DNA of 64,000 nt, taken from Bryobacteraceae bacterium (lineage in GTDB: Bacteria > Acidobacteriota > Terriglobia > Bryobacterales > Bryobacteraceae). The first letter of the stretch is position 1. The number at the start of each line of letters is the position of its first letter. Below the pieces are notes generated by a model. It made no database searches. It was not told where the DNA came from and saw only the letters and a list, made by a program, of their open reading frames with translations. Location of the stretch: contig DASZLO010000103.1 of the NCBI GenBank assembly GCA_035552315.1, forward strand, positions 4,255 to 68,254. Reading direction: 5' to 3'. The translations under genes were made by a program, and so were the position numbers. Shown here in pieces: positions 9,140 to 17,430 of the stretch.

Positions 9140-11692
9140 ATGCGACGCGACAAAAACATGCGGAAGCCCGAAGTCATGAGCCCCGCCGGTTACTGGCCAC
9201 AGCTTCGCGCGGCGATCGAAGCCGGTGCGGACGCGGTCTACTTCGGTCTGATGCACTTTTCAGCGCGGGCCAAGGTCGGCTTCTCCCTGGAAGAACTGCC
9301 GGAAGTGATGCAGACCCTGCACAAGCGCGGGGTGCGCGGATATCTCACGTTCAACACCCTGGTGTTCGAACATGAACTGCCGGAGGCGGCGCGCACCATT
9401 GCGGCCATCGTTGAAGCCGGGGCCGATGCACTGATCGTCCAGGACCTCGGGGTTCTCAGGCTGGCCCGGAAAATCGCGCCCGGCATGGAACTGCACGCCA
9501 GCACGCAGATGAGCATCACGGACGCCGAAGGAGTTCGTTTCGCGCAGCATGCCGGGGCGGACCGGGTGACGCTGGCGCGCGAACTGTCGCTGGCCGAGAT
9601 CGCCTCGATCCACCAGCAGACCGGCTGCGATCTGGAGATGTTTGTCCATGGGGCGCTGTGCGTGGCTTACTCGGGACAATGTTTTTCGTCGGAAGCGTGG
9701 GGCGGCCGCAGTGCCAATCGCGGACAGTGCGCGCAGGCTTGCCGTCTGCCGTATGACCTGATGGTGGACGACGAATACAAGCCGCTGGCCGATGCGCGCT
9801 ATCTGCTTTCACCCGGCGATCTTTACACCTTGAAGGAAGTTCCGGAGATCATCGCGACCGGCGTTTCCTGTCTGAAGATCGAGGGCCGGTATAAAGACGC
9901 GGATTACGTCGCGCTGACTACGAGTGCTTATCGCAAAGCGGTGGATGAGGCTTGGGCGGGACGTTCATTATCCGTAACGCGCGGCGAGGAACTGAATCTC
10001 GAGCAGGTCTATTCGCGCGGACTCGGTCCTCATTTCATCGGCGGTACCGACCATCAGAAAGTGGTGAATGGCCGCGCGCCCCGTCATCGCGGCGTGCTGA
10101 TGGGGCGGGTTGTACGGGTCGAGCCGGATTGCGTGATCGTCGCGCCGACAGGCGAAGCCGCCCGGATTGCGCCGCTCAAAGAAGGCGATGGTCTGGTCTT
10201 CGATGCGGCCGACTGGCGGAGTCCCGGCGAGCCCGAAGAAGGGGGGCGCGTGTATGAGATTGCCCCGTCTGGAAAAGGGAACCTCACGCTGCGCTTTGCG
10301 AACCGGGCTGTGCGTTTCGACGGCATTCGCGCGGGCGATCTGGTCTGGCGCACCGACCGTCCCGAGCTTGCGCAGGTTGTGCGGCCGTTTACGGAGACTT
10401 TGACGCCCGTGCATAAGCAGCCGCTGCGTGTGCATGTGACGGCACGTGCGGATGCGCCGCTGGTCACCGAGTGGTCGATCATGGATCGGCCGGGTAAGTC
10501 CGTGACGGTTCAATCGGCGCTCCCCGTTTCCGTGGCGCAGAATCGCGGGATGTCGGTCGAATCGGTTCGGGAACAGTTTCTGCGGCTCGGCAACACCCCC
10601 TACGAACTGGCGGATCTTACGCTCGATGCCGAGGGAATGCTGTTCTGTCCGGTATCGGTCCTGAATCAGATCCGGCGCGAAGCGGTTGATCGGTTACAGG
10701 GGCTGCAGGGCGCAAAGCCCCAGGTCGAGACTGTAAATCCGGAAGCGATGCTGGCGGCGATGCTGCCGCCGAAGGTTGCCGATGCTGCTTCTCAGAAGCC
10801 TGAGCTGCATTTGCTGGTTCGCACCCCGGAGCAACTGGATGCGGCCCTCGAATGCGCGCCGTCCAGTATTACTCTCGATTACCTCGATCTTTTCGGCCTG
10901 AGATCGTCGGTGAATCGGGTCAAGGCGGCGGGAATTACGGTGCGGGTGGCGAGTCCGCGAGTTCTCAAGCAGGAAGAAGCACGGATTCTGAACTTTCTCC
11001 TCAGTCTTGAATGCGAGATTCTGGTTCGGTCTACTGGAATTCTCAACGCGCTTCGCGAGAGAGAACATCCGGGTCTGATCGGCGACTTCAGTCTGAATGC
11101 GGCCAATTCGCTGACTGCGGCCGAGTACCTCCGGGAAGGGTTGATGCGGCTCACCCCCACACATGACCTGAATGCGGAACAGGTTGCGGCGCTGGCGTCG
11201 AGCGCGGGTTCCGAACAGATCGAAGCTGTGGCGTACCAGCACCTGCCGGTTTTTCATACGGAGCATTGCGTGTTCTGCCGGTTCCTTTCCACCGGCACCA
11301 GTTACCGCGATTGCGGACGTCCTTGCGAAAAGCATCGCGTCGAACTGCGCGATCACAGCGGCCGCAGCCATCCGGTGATGGCGGACGTGGGTTGCCGCAA
11401 TACCGTTTTCGGAGCCGAGGCGCAGGAAGCGAGCGCGCACCTGGAGTTGTGGAGACGCGCCGGTCTGCGGCATTTCCGTCTGGAATTCGTCCACGAATCC
11501 GGTGAACAGGTGAAGGCGGTGACGGATCTTTTTCGGCGCGCACTGGCGCAGAGAATCAGTTTTGCGGAGTTGAATCGCGAACTGAAATCTCTCGCGCCCG
11601 CGGGCACCACGCAGGGCAGTTTATTTGTCCCGGCGAACTATCTTTCATTGCCAGTACTGCATCAGGTGGTAGCAGTACCCGAAGACTCCTGA
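9140..11692 (+). CDS. Peptidase U32 family protein with two U32-like modules
   Basis: 850 aa; an alternative start is ATG 9158 (MRKPEVMSPAG). The N-module has the U32 cysteine motif C174-x6-C181-x15-C197-x3-C201 (CVAYSGQCFSSEAWGGRSANRGQCAQAC). The C-module (about aa 555-800) has C710-x2-C713-x11-C725-x3-C729. Confidence 0.85.
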   Translation: MRRDKNMRKPEVMSPAGYWPQLRAAIEAGADAVYFGLMHFSARAKVGFSLEELPEVMQTLHKRGVRGYLTFNTLVFEHELPEAARTIAAIVEAGADALIVQDLGVLRLARKIAPGMELHASTQMSITDAEGVRFAQHAGADRVTLARELSLAEIASIHQQTGCDLEMFVHGALCVAYSGQCFSSEAWGGRSANRGQCAQACRLPYDLMVDDEYKPLADARYLLSPGDLYTLKEVPEIIATGVSCLKIEGRYKDADYVALTTSAYRKAVDEAWAGRSLSVTRGEELNLEQVYSRGLGPHFIGGTDHQKVVNGRAPRHRGVLMGRVVRVEPDCVIVAPTGEAARIAPLKEGDGLVFDAADWRSPGEPEEGGRVYEIAPSGKGNLTLRFANRAVRFDGIRAGDLVWRTDRPELAQVVRPFTETLTPVHKQPLRVHVTARADAPLVTEWSIMDRPGKSVTVQSALPVSVAQNRGMSVESVREQFLRLGNTPYELADLTLDAEGMLFCPVSVLNQIRREAVDRLQGLQGAKPQVETVNPEAMLAAMLPPKVADAASQKPELHLLVRTPEQLDAALECAPSSITLDYLDLFGLRSSVNRVKAAGITVRVASPRVLKQEEARILNFLLSLECEILVRSTGILNALREREHPGLIGDFSLNAANSLTAAEYLREGLMRLTPTHDLNAEQVAALASSAGSEQIEAVAYQHLPVFHTEHCVFCRFLSTGTSYRDCGRPCEKHRVELRDHSGRSHPVMADVGCRNTVFGAEAQEASAHLELWRRAGLRHFRLEFVHESGEQVKAVTDLFRRALAQRISFAELNRELKSLAPAGTTQGSLFVPANYLSLPVLHQVVAVPEDS

Positions 11693-11867
11693 ACCTGTTG
11701 CGCGCCTTCCAGCGTCGGGCGTAACCTTCAATCAAAGAGCACAATCACAGAGCAGTCAAAGACATTCAAGAAGCGCCCGCGTTTATGACGAACGGAGAGC
11801 ACTTTGCACCCGGAGGAGCTCGTTCCTGTCCATTTCATTCCGCACTATTTTTCTTCTGATTCCGCCG

Positions 11868-12557
11868 TTGCTGCTTCCGGTTCTCAAAGCTGCCGACAAT
11901 ACGGATTCGCCTCTGATTCAAAGCACGCTCTTTCGCGTAGCGGATGAGCAAAAACGCATGTGGACGCTTCCGACGAAACTGCTGGAACCGAAAGTTGCGA
12001 TTCCAACCGCCGCGGTGATTGCGGGGACAGCAGCGCTCATCGCTACCGATGCGGCGAGTTCCGGGTATTTTCGCGGCACCAATTCATTCGCGTCATTCAA
12101 TCGCGTTTTTAACGGCAACATCACCGGCTACGGGACACTGGCAACGCCGGTTGTCCTCTTCGCCGCCGGTCGTTTTCGCAAAGATTCGAAGATGACGGGG
12201 ACGGCCTTCGCGGCCGGAGAGGCGCTGGTTAACGCGGAAGGGCTCGCGATCGTAATGAAAGGGATAACCGGCAGGGCGTCTCCTACAGCGCCGCAGCAGG
12301 GGTGGTTCCAGGCTTCCGGGTCGTCCTTTCTCGGAAACGGAAGTTTTCCGTCCGGTCACGCGATCTCGGCATTCGCAGTCGCGACGGTGATTTCACGCAG
12401 GTACGGCAATCACCGATGGGTGCCGTGGGTGGCGTACGGGCTGGCTGGCGCGGTCGGCTTTTCGCGGGTCAGCAGCTCCGCGCATTTTGCGTCCGATGCG
12501 TTTCTGGGCGCGGCGCTTGGCTATTCGGTGGGACGTTTCGCGGTCTTGCGCCAATAG
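11868..12557 (+). CDS. PAP2-family phosphatase (membrane)
   Basis: PSGHAISAF and SRVSSSAHFASD (SRx5Hx3D) acid-phosphatase motifs. TTG start as given in the track; the true start is uncertain (see finding at 11785). Confidence 0.75.
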   Translation: MLLPVLKAADNTDSPLIQSTLFRVADEQKRMWTLPTKLLEPKVAIPTAAVIAGTAALIATDAASSGYFRGTNSFASFNRVFNGNITGYGTLATPVVLFAAGRFRKDSKMTGTAFAAGEALVNAEGLAIVMKGITGRASPTAPQQGWFQASGSSFLGNGSFPSGHAISAFAVATVISRRYGNHRWVPWVAYGLAGAVGFSRVSSSAHFASDAFLGAALGYSVGRFAVLRQ

Positions 12558-13498
12558 GGCTGGCCTTCTTCATCGCGCAGCATACAGGTGCCAACGTATT
12601 GCTGGGTCGAACGGGACGCGGCCAGATCGTGATAGACGAAAGAACCTTTTACAAAGAAGTGGCAGACCACCGCTTTACGCGACAGTTGCATATCCCTGCG
12701 CGCCGAGCCGCCATGCAACAGATTGGCGTGCCAGATCAGAACGTCGCCTTTCTTCGCGCGGAAGTAATGGGGCTCGATTTTGTGCTGTTCGATCAGACCC
12801 TTGATATACGGTTCGTATTTCGCGTGATAGGAAGAATAACCTTCCTTCTTGAATTCGCTTTCCGTAATTCCGACATCTTTGCTGAAGACATAGGGCAGCC
12901 GGTGACTGCCGGGGTAGTAGACGAGCGGCCCGGAGTCCGGGTGGATGTCTTCGAACGCGATCCAGGCCGCCGTCAGATAGCCCAGCGGATAAGTCGTCAT
13001 GTGGATCGAATCCGAGTGGATACCTTGTTGCGACCCCTTGTGTCCGGCGATGGTCTGCAGCGGTTTCGGTTGCCGCTCGGTAAGCACGCGAAGCCAGTGA
13101 AGCATACCAGGATGCTTCAGGATCTGGCAGAATGCGCCGACCTTGCGGTGGGGATTGAGAAAGCGTCCGGGATAGGGATCGTCGTCTGAAGCTTTCTCCG
13201 GCAGAAGAACAATCTTCCCGGTGCGGGCCGCATCTTCGTAGGCACACCAGACGCTCTGTAGGATTGCATCTTCAAATAAATTGCCAACGACAATGTAGCC
13301 GTTCTGCACCCAGAAGCGGCACTGGCGGGCTTCTTCTTCGGTGATCCTGCCCTCGCGCAACTTATCCTCGATGCGTTCCTCCGCGTCGGGGAGATCGAGC
13401 CACGGATAGGGTCCGGAATAGGGGAAATGTTCCGCCCGGAAGGCCGGCAAGCGGAATGTGTTTACGGACTTTTCAGCGAAACTGCCGAGCAGGGCCAC
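12521..13498 (-). CDS. Phytanoyl-CoA dioxygenase (PhyH) family Fe(II)/2-oxoglutarate oxygenase
   Basis: 325 aa with GTG start. HSD (HxD) in GIHSDSIHM and a distal His in WHANLLHGG. Lies 25 nt downstream of rarA on the same strand. Confidence 0.75.
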   Translation of the reverse strand: MALLGSFAEKSVNTFRLPAFRAEHFPYSGPYPWLDLPDAEERIEDKLREGRITEEEARQCRFWVQNGYIVVGNLFEDAILQSVWCAYEDAARTGKIVLLPEKASDDDPYPGRFLNPHRKVGAFCQILKHPGMLHWLRVLTERQPKPLQTIAGHKGSQQGIHSDSIHMTTYPLGYLTAAWIAFEDIHPDSGPLVYYPGSHRLPYVFSKDVGITESEFKKEGYSSYHAKYEPYIKGLIEQHKIEPHYFRAKKGDVLIWHANLLHGGSARRDMQLSRKAVVCHFFVKGSFVYHDLAASRSTQQYVGTCMLRDEEGQPYWRKTAKRPTE

Positions 13499-13523
13499 GA
13501 CTCTCTACGATACTCCTGTTTGG

Positions 13524-14822
13524 CTATGGCTTGCGGCGCAGGTTGCGAATTTCGTCCAGACGTTCTTTGATCCTCTTCTCGATGCCGCGCTCGGTCGGCT
13601 CATACCAGTGGCGGCCCGCGAGCGATTCCGGCAAACACTCCATCTGATTGATGGCGTCCTCGAATTTATGGGCGTGCTCGTATCCGCTCCCGTAGCCCCA
13701 TTCCTTCATGGCGCGCGTAGGGGCATTGCGCAGATGCATCGGTACGGGTTCCGCGATGCCCTCTCTGACGTCTTTCATCACCGCCCCGAGCGCGCGATAA
13801 GACGCATCGGACTTCGGCGCGACAGCCAGGTAAATCACCGCCTGGGCGATCGCCAGATCTCCTTCGGGAATTCCCAGAAAGTGCACGCAGTGCTGCATCG
13901 CCATACACTGCTCGAGAGCGCGCGGATCGGCCAGGCCGATGTCTTCAATCGCCATCCGCACCACCCGCCGCGCGATGTACATCCGGTCCTCACCCGATTC
14001 CAGCATCCGGGCCAGCCAATACAGAGCCGCATCCGGGTCGCTCGACCGCACGGATTTGTGCAGCGCCGAAATCAGGTTGTAATGCTCCTCGCCTGTCTTG
14101 TCGTAAAGGAGAACCTTGCCTCCCAGCGCATCTGTCACCGCCTGCTCGGTAATTTCGCCGTCCGAACTCGCGGCGGCTGCCGTCTCCAGGGTGTTGTAAG
14201 CCGAACGCGCGTCGCCATTGGCGGCCACCGCGATCTTCTCAAGCATTTCGTCCGAGGCCCGCGCGCCCGCGACAGGCAAGGCGCGCCGCAGCAGTTCGAC
14301 AATTTCTTCCGTGGTGAGCGCCCGCAGCATGTGGACCTTCGACCTCGACAGCAATGCCGCATTTACTTCGAAGGACGGATTCTCAGTGGTAGCGCCGATC
14401 AGAATAATGTCGCCGCGCTCCACATAGGGCAGGAAAGCGTCCTGCTGGGCCTTGTTGAAACGATGGATTTCATCGATGAACACGATGGTGCGGCGTCCCA
14501 GTTTGCGGAGGCGCTCCGCGTCCGCCATCACGGCCTTAATTTCCTTGATCCCGGCCATTACCGCGCTGAACGGAAGGAACTCGCTCTTCGTCATTCGCGC
14601 GATGATGCGGGCCAGTGTCGTCTTGCCCACGCCCGGCGGACCCCACAGAATTATCGAACTCAGCTGGTCGCGTTCGATCTGGATGCGGAGCGGTTTGCCC
14701 GGCCCGAGGATGTGATCCTGTCCCGCATAGTCGTCCAGCGTTTCCGGACGCATGCGCTCAGCCAGCGGACTCTTGCCATCCGGCGAGCGCGGGACCGGAA
14801 GATCGTCAAACAGTCCGTTCAC
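13524..14822 (-). CDS. rarA: Replication-associated recombination protein A (AAA+ ATPase)
   Basis: Walker A GPPGVGKTTLARIIA and Walker B IVFIDEIHRFNKAQQD. The C-terminal MgsA-type region is present. GTGA overlap with the upstream methyltransferase gene. Confidence 0.92.
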   Translation of the reverse strand: MNGLFDDLPVPRSPDGKSPLAERMRPETLDDYAGQDHILGPGKPLRIQIERDQLSSIILWGPPGVGKTTLARIIARMTKSEFLPFSAVMAGIKEIKAVMADAERLRKLGRRTIVFIDEIHRFNKAQQDAFLPYVERGDIILIGATTENPSFEVNAALLSRSKVHMLRALTTEEIVELLRRALPVAGARASDEMLEKIAVAANGDARSAYNTLETAAAASSDGEITEQAVTDALGGKVLLYDKTGEEHYNLISALHKSVRSSDPDAALYWLARMLESGEDRMYIARRVVRMAIEDIGLADPRALEQCMAMQHCVHFLGIPEGDLAIAQAVIYLAVAPKSDASYRALGAVMKDVREGIAEPVPMHLRNAPTRAMKEWGYGSGYEHAHKFEDAINQMECLPESLAGRHWYEPTERGIEKRIKERLDEIRNLRRKP

Positions 14823-15631
14823 GACGCGCGCACTCGTTGCCGCCGGGCCTCATAGAGGATCACAGAAGCCGCCACTGCAGCGTTCAGCGACTCAATCGCC
14901 ACCGTCGGAATCGATATGTCCATCGCCATGCCGTGAAGTTCCTTACTGACTCCGCGGCCCTCGCTGCCGATGATGACCGCGCAACGGCGCGTGAAGTCCA
15001 CATCCTCCGCCATCCTTTGCGTACCCGTGAAGGGCATCGCGGCATGGACATCCACCTTGTGCTGCTGAAGCGAGGCGCGCGCCAGAGGCGCTTCGAGGCC
15101 CGCCACCCAAGGGACCCGAAAGAGCGATCCGGCCGATGCCCGCAGGGTCTTGGGATGATGCGGATTCGCGCTGCCCTTAACAAACATGACTCCGGTGGCT
15201 CCGAACGCCTCCGCCGCGCGTACGATCGCGCCCGCATTGCCGGGATCCTGCACGCCATCGAGCACGACCACCAGGCTCTGACCGCGGAACAACTGCTGGA
15301 TGGTCCATTCAGGTGGCCGCACCAGAGCCATCACGCCTTGGCTGGTCTCGGTGGAGGCGATAGTTTGAAAAAGCGCGTCGTCGAGAACAATTGTGCGCGA
15401 GCCGTTGAGCCCTGAAATATGCCGCTCGACGGTATCGCGAACGGATTCCGCGGCCAGTACCACGGGCACATCGCGTTCGCTGCGCAGGGCTTCTTCGAGG
15501 AGATGGAAACTTTCGGCGACGCACCAGCCTGCGGCCGTCAAGCCGCCGCGCGCAATGGCCCGGCGCACGTCCTTGATGAGCGGGTTAGCCGCGCTGGTAA
15601 TTAACTGAGCCTTGGGCATTTGTGCGGGCAT
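14819..15631 (-). CDS. TrmH/SpoU-family RNA 2'-O-methyltransferase
   Basis: 270 aa. SpoU motifs VVVLDGVQDPGNAGAIVRAAEAFG, IIGSEGRGVS and IPTVAIESLNAAVAASVILYE. An alternative start is ATG 15619. Confidence 0.85.
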   Translation of the reverse strand: MPAQMPKAQLITSAANPLIKDVRRAIARGGLTAAGWCVAESFHLLEEALRSERDVPVVLAAESVRDTVERHISGLNGSRTIVLDDALFQTIASTETSQGVMALVRPPEWTIQQLFRGQSLVVVLDGVQDPGNAGAIVRAAEAFGATGVMFVKGSANPHHPKTLRASAGSLFRVPWVAGLEAPLARASLQQHKVDVHAAMPFTGTQRMAEDVDFTRRCAVIIGSEGRGVSKELHGMAMDISIPTVAIESLNAAVAASVILYEARRQRVRAS

Positions 15632-16277
15632 CGCCTACAATGTTGAAATAAGAATAACGCATCTTAAACGCAGCTCCGCGCAAAGAATCGCCACGCGGGT
15701 GACGCTTCTCCTCCTGGTTGTGGTGGCGACGTTCACGATCGGCTATCTTTGTTCGCTCACGCTCCGGATCAGCCGCGAAAGCAAAGGCGACAAAGTGCGC
15801 CCCTCGGACGTGATCGTGGTGATGGGTGCGGCGGAATACCGCGGTCATCCCTCTCCCGTGTTCAAGCTGCGGCTCGATCACGCGGTGACTCTATACGAGC
15901 AGCACCTCGCCCCGTACATCATGACGACAGGCGGCCCTGGCGGCGACCCGTCATTCACGGAGGGCGGCGTGGGGCGATCGTATCTGATCGACCGGGGCGT
16001 GCCGGCGGAACGGTTAATTGTGGAAGATGCCGGCGAATCGACGGCATGGTCGCTGAGCGCGGCTACGGAAATTCTGCGCCGCATGGGTTTGCGTTCCTGC
16101 ATCATCGTCAGCGACGGGTATCACATTTTCCGCGTGAAGCGCATCCTGCAACAGCAGGGATTCACGGTTTACGGATCGCCCCGGCAAGCCGGCGATACGA
16201 GCGTACCGACCGAGTGGTGGCAATACTTCCGTCAGGCCGTGGCTTATGGGCTCTGGAAGATCGGCTTCCGGGTTTAA
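15612..16277 (+). CDS. YdcF/DUF218-family membrane-anchored protein
   Basis: TTG start. N-terminal TM helix VTLLLLVVVATFTIGYLC. DUF218-like core VIVVMGAAEYRG ... IIVSDGYHIFRVKRI. Its 5' end would overlap the divergent trmH-like start by up to 20 nt, so the exact start is uncertain. Confidence 0.7.
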   Translation: MGICAGIAYNVEIRITHLKRSSAQRIATRVTLLLLVVVATFTIGYLCSLTLRISRESKGDKVRPSDVIVVMGAAEYRGHPSPVFKLRLDHAVTLYEQHLAPYIMTTGGPGGDPSFTEGGVGRSYLIDRGVPAERLIVEDAGESTAWSLSAATEILRRMGLRSCIIVSDGYHIFRVKRILQQQGFTVYGSPRQAGDTSVPTEWWQYFRQAVAYGLWKIGFRV

Positions 16278-16287
16278 GCTCAGTTAG

Positions 16288-17295
16288 CTACTGCTGGCGG
16301 TCGCCCAGCAAGATCGTCTGCATGATTCGGGCATTGCCCTCGTGGCAGGCAGTTTCAAACAGCCGGTCGTCGGTATGCTTCAGGCGAAGCACGGCGGTCC
16401 AGGGCCTCACCCACGTTTCGGGATCGTCAAAAGTCATCTCGTAGCGGATTTCATCGGCCGCAACGCGTGTGAAGCGCTCGATCAGATGGAACTTGTCCGA
16501 GATTCCCAGAGGGTGCAGCTGGGCGCGGAAATTCGTGGTGTCCACCACCAGCGTGTCGCCCTCCCAATGGCCCCGCGAGTCGCCCGACCAGTCGCGCACG
16601 GTGCCTGGAAGATGCGGGCTTCCATCCAGCGAAATCAGGCGGGCTTCGTGGATGTTTTCCGAGAACAACACCAGCTGATCCTTTGTCTGGACGATCTGGT
16701 AATAACCATGGAGGCCGGCGCTATAGACTCCGTTCACGCGCGGAACGCCATAGGTGATGCAGCGATCGGAAGGGGAAACCTGATCCGGTCCGGCGGGAGA
16801 AACTCCTCCACTCGATCGCGAACGCCCATAAGCCGTGCGCCTTTTCTGTCCCGCTTCGGTATAGGCAGGCAGCCTGCCGTCCGGCGGGTCGGAAATAACG
16901 GAGGTCCGGTTGTCGATCACCATCTCGGTGACGCGCTCGGCGCTGTCGGTGGCCCCTCCGCTCTTGTACACGTCGAGATTCCGCCATGCGGAAAGAAAAT
17001 AGGCATCGGTCGTCGCGGCGTCGCTCTTCGGGTTGGCGAAGATTTTGATTGCGCGTTTGTTCAGTTCGACGACTTCGGCGTCTGTTAGCAGCGCGCGGCC
17101 TTCCACTTCCTTGGGCCGCTCGAAAGGCGTCGCCATGTTGTTCAACCAGTTCCCCTGCAGGTCGGGATGGCCGTCCGGCGTGCGCGGGATGGCTTTCGCC
17201 GCGGCAGCTTTCCGGGCAGGCGCGGACTGGCCAAAAGCGGTAAAAGCCAGCGCCGCCGCAAGGAATGAACTGGTAAACGTTCGCTTCAGAAACAC
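16288..17295 (-). CDS. Hypothetical exported protein
   Basis: 335 aa. Signal peptide MFLKRTFTSSFLAAALAFTAFGQSAP. Balanced composition, unlike the overlapping antisense ORFs. No domain recognised. Confidence 0.65.
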   Translation of the reverse strand: MFLKRTFTSSFLAAALAFTAFGQSAPARKAAAAKAIPRTPDGHPDLQGNWLNNMATPFERPKEVEGRALLTDAEVVELNKRAIKIFANPKSDAATTDAYFLSAWRNLDVYKSGGATDSAERVTEMVIDNRTSVISDPPDGRLPAYTEAGQKRRTAYGRSRSSGGVSPAGPDQVSPSDRCITYGVPRVNGVYSAGLHGYYQIVQTKDQLVLFSENIHEARLISLDGSPHLPGTVRDWSGDSRGHWEGDTLVVDTTNFRAQLHPLGISDKFHLIERFTRVAADEIRYEMTFDDPETWVRPWTAVLRLKHTDDRLFETACHEGNARIMQTILLGDRQQ

Positions 17296-17430
17296 TCGGG
17301 ACTCCTTCGTTTGTAAAGTCTATCGCGGAACCTGCGATGGACGCATCCCGCCGAGGCGGTAGAGAAGGCGCGGGGGATTTCGAAAAACATCAGGGGCTTG
17401 ACAGACGGCCACGCCAGCCGGGGCTTTTTA

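Noticed and set aside
13458-14855. 465-aa plus-strand ORF
   Set aside because: It is antisense to rarA, which has clear Walker A/B motifs on the minus strand. The composition is an Arg/His-rich artefact.
15612-15631. Apparent 20-nt head-to-head overlap of the trmH-like and ydcF-like coding starts
   Set aside because: It depends on choosing the longest ORFs. The internal ATG 15619 for the methyltransferase and a later start for the DUF218 gene would reduce or remove the overlap, so it is not reliable as a feature.
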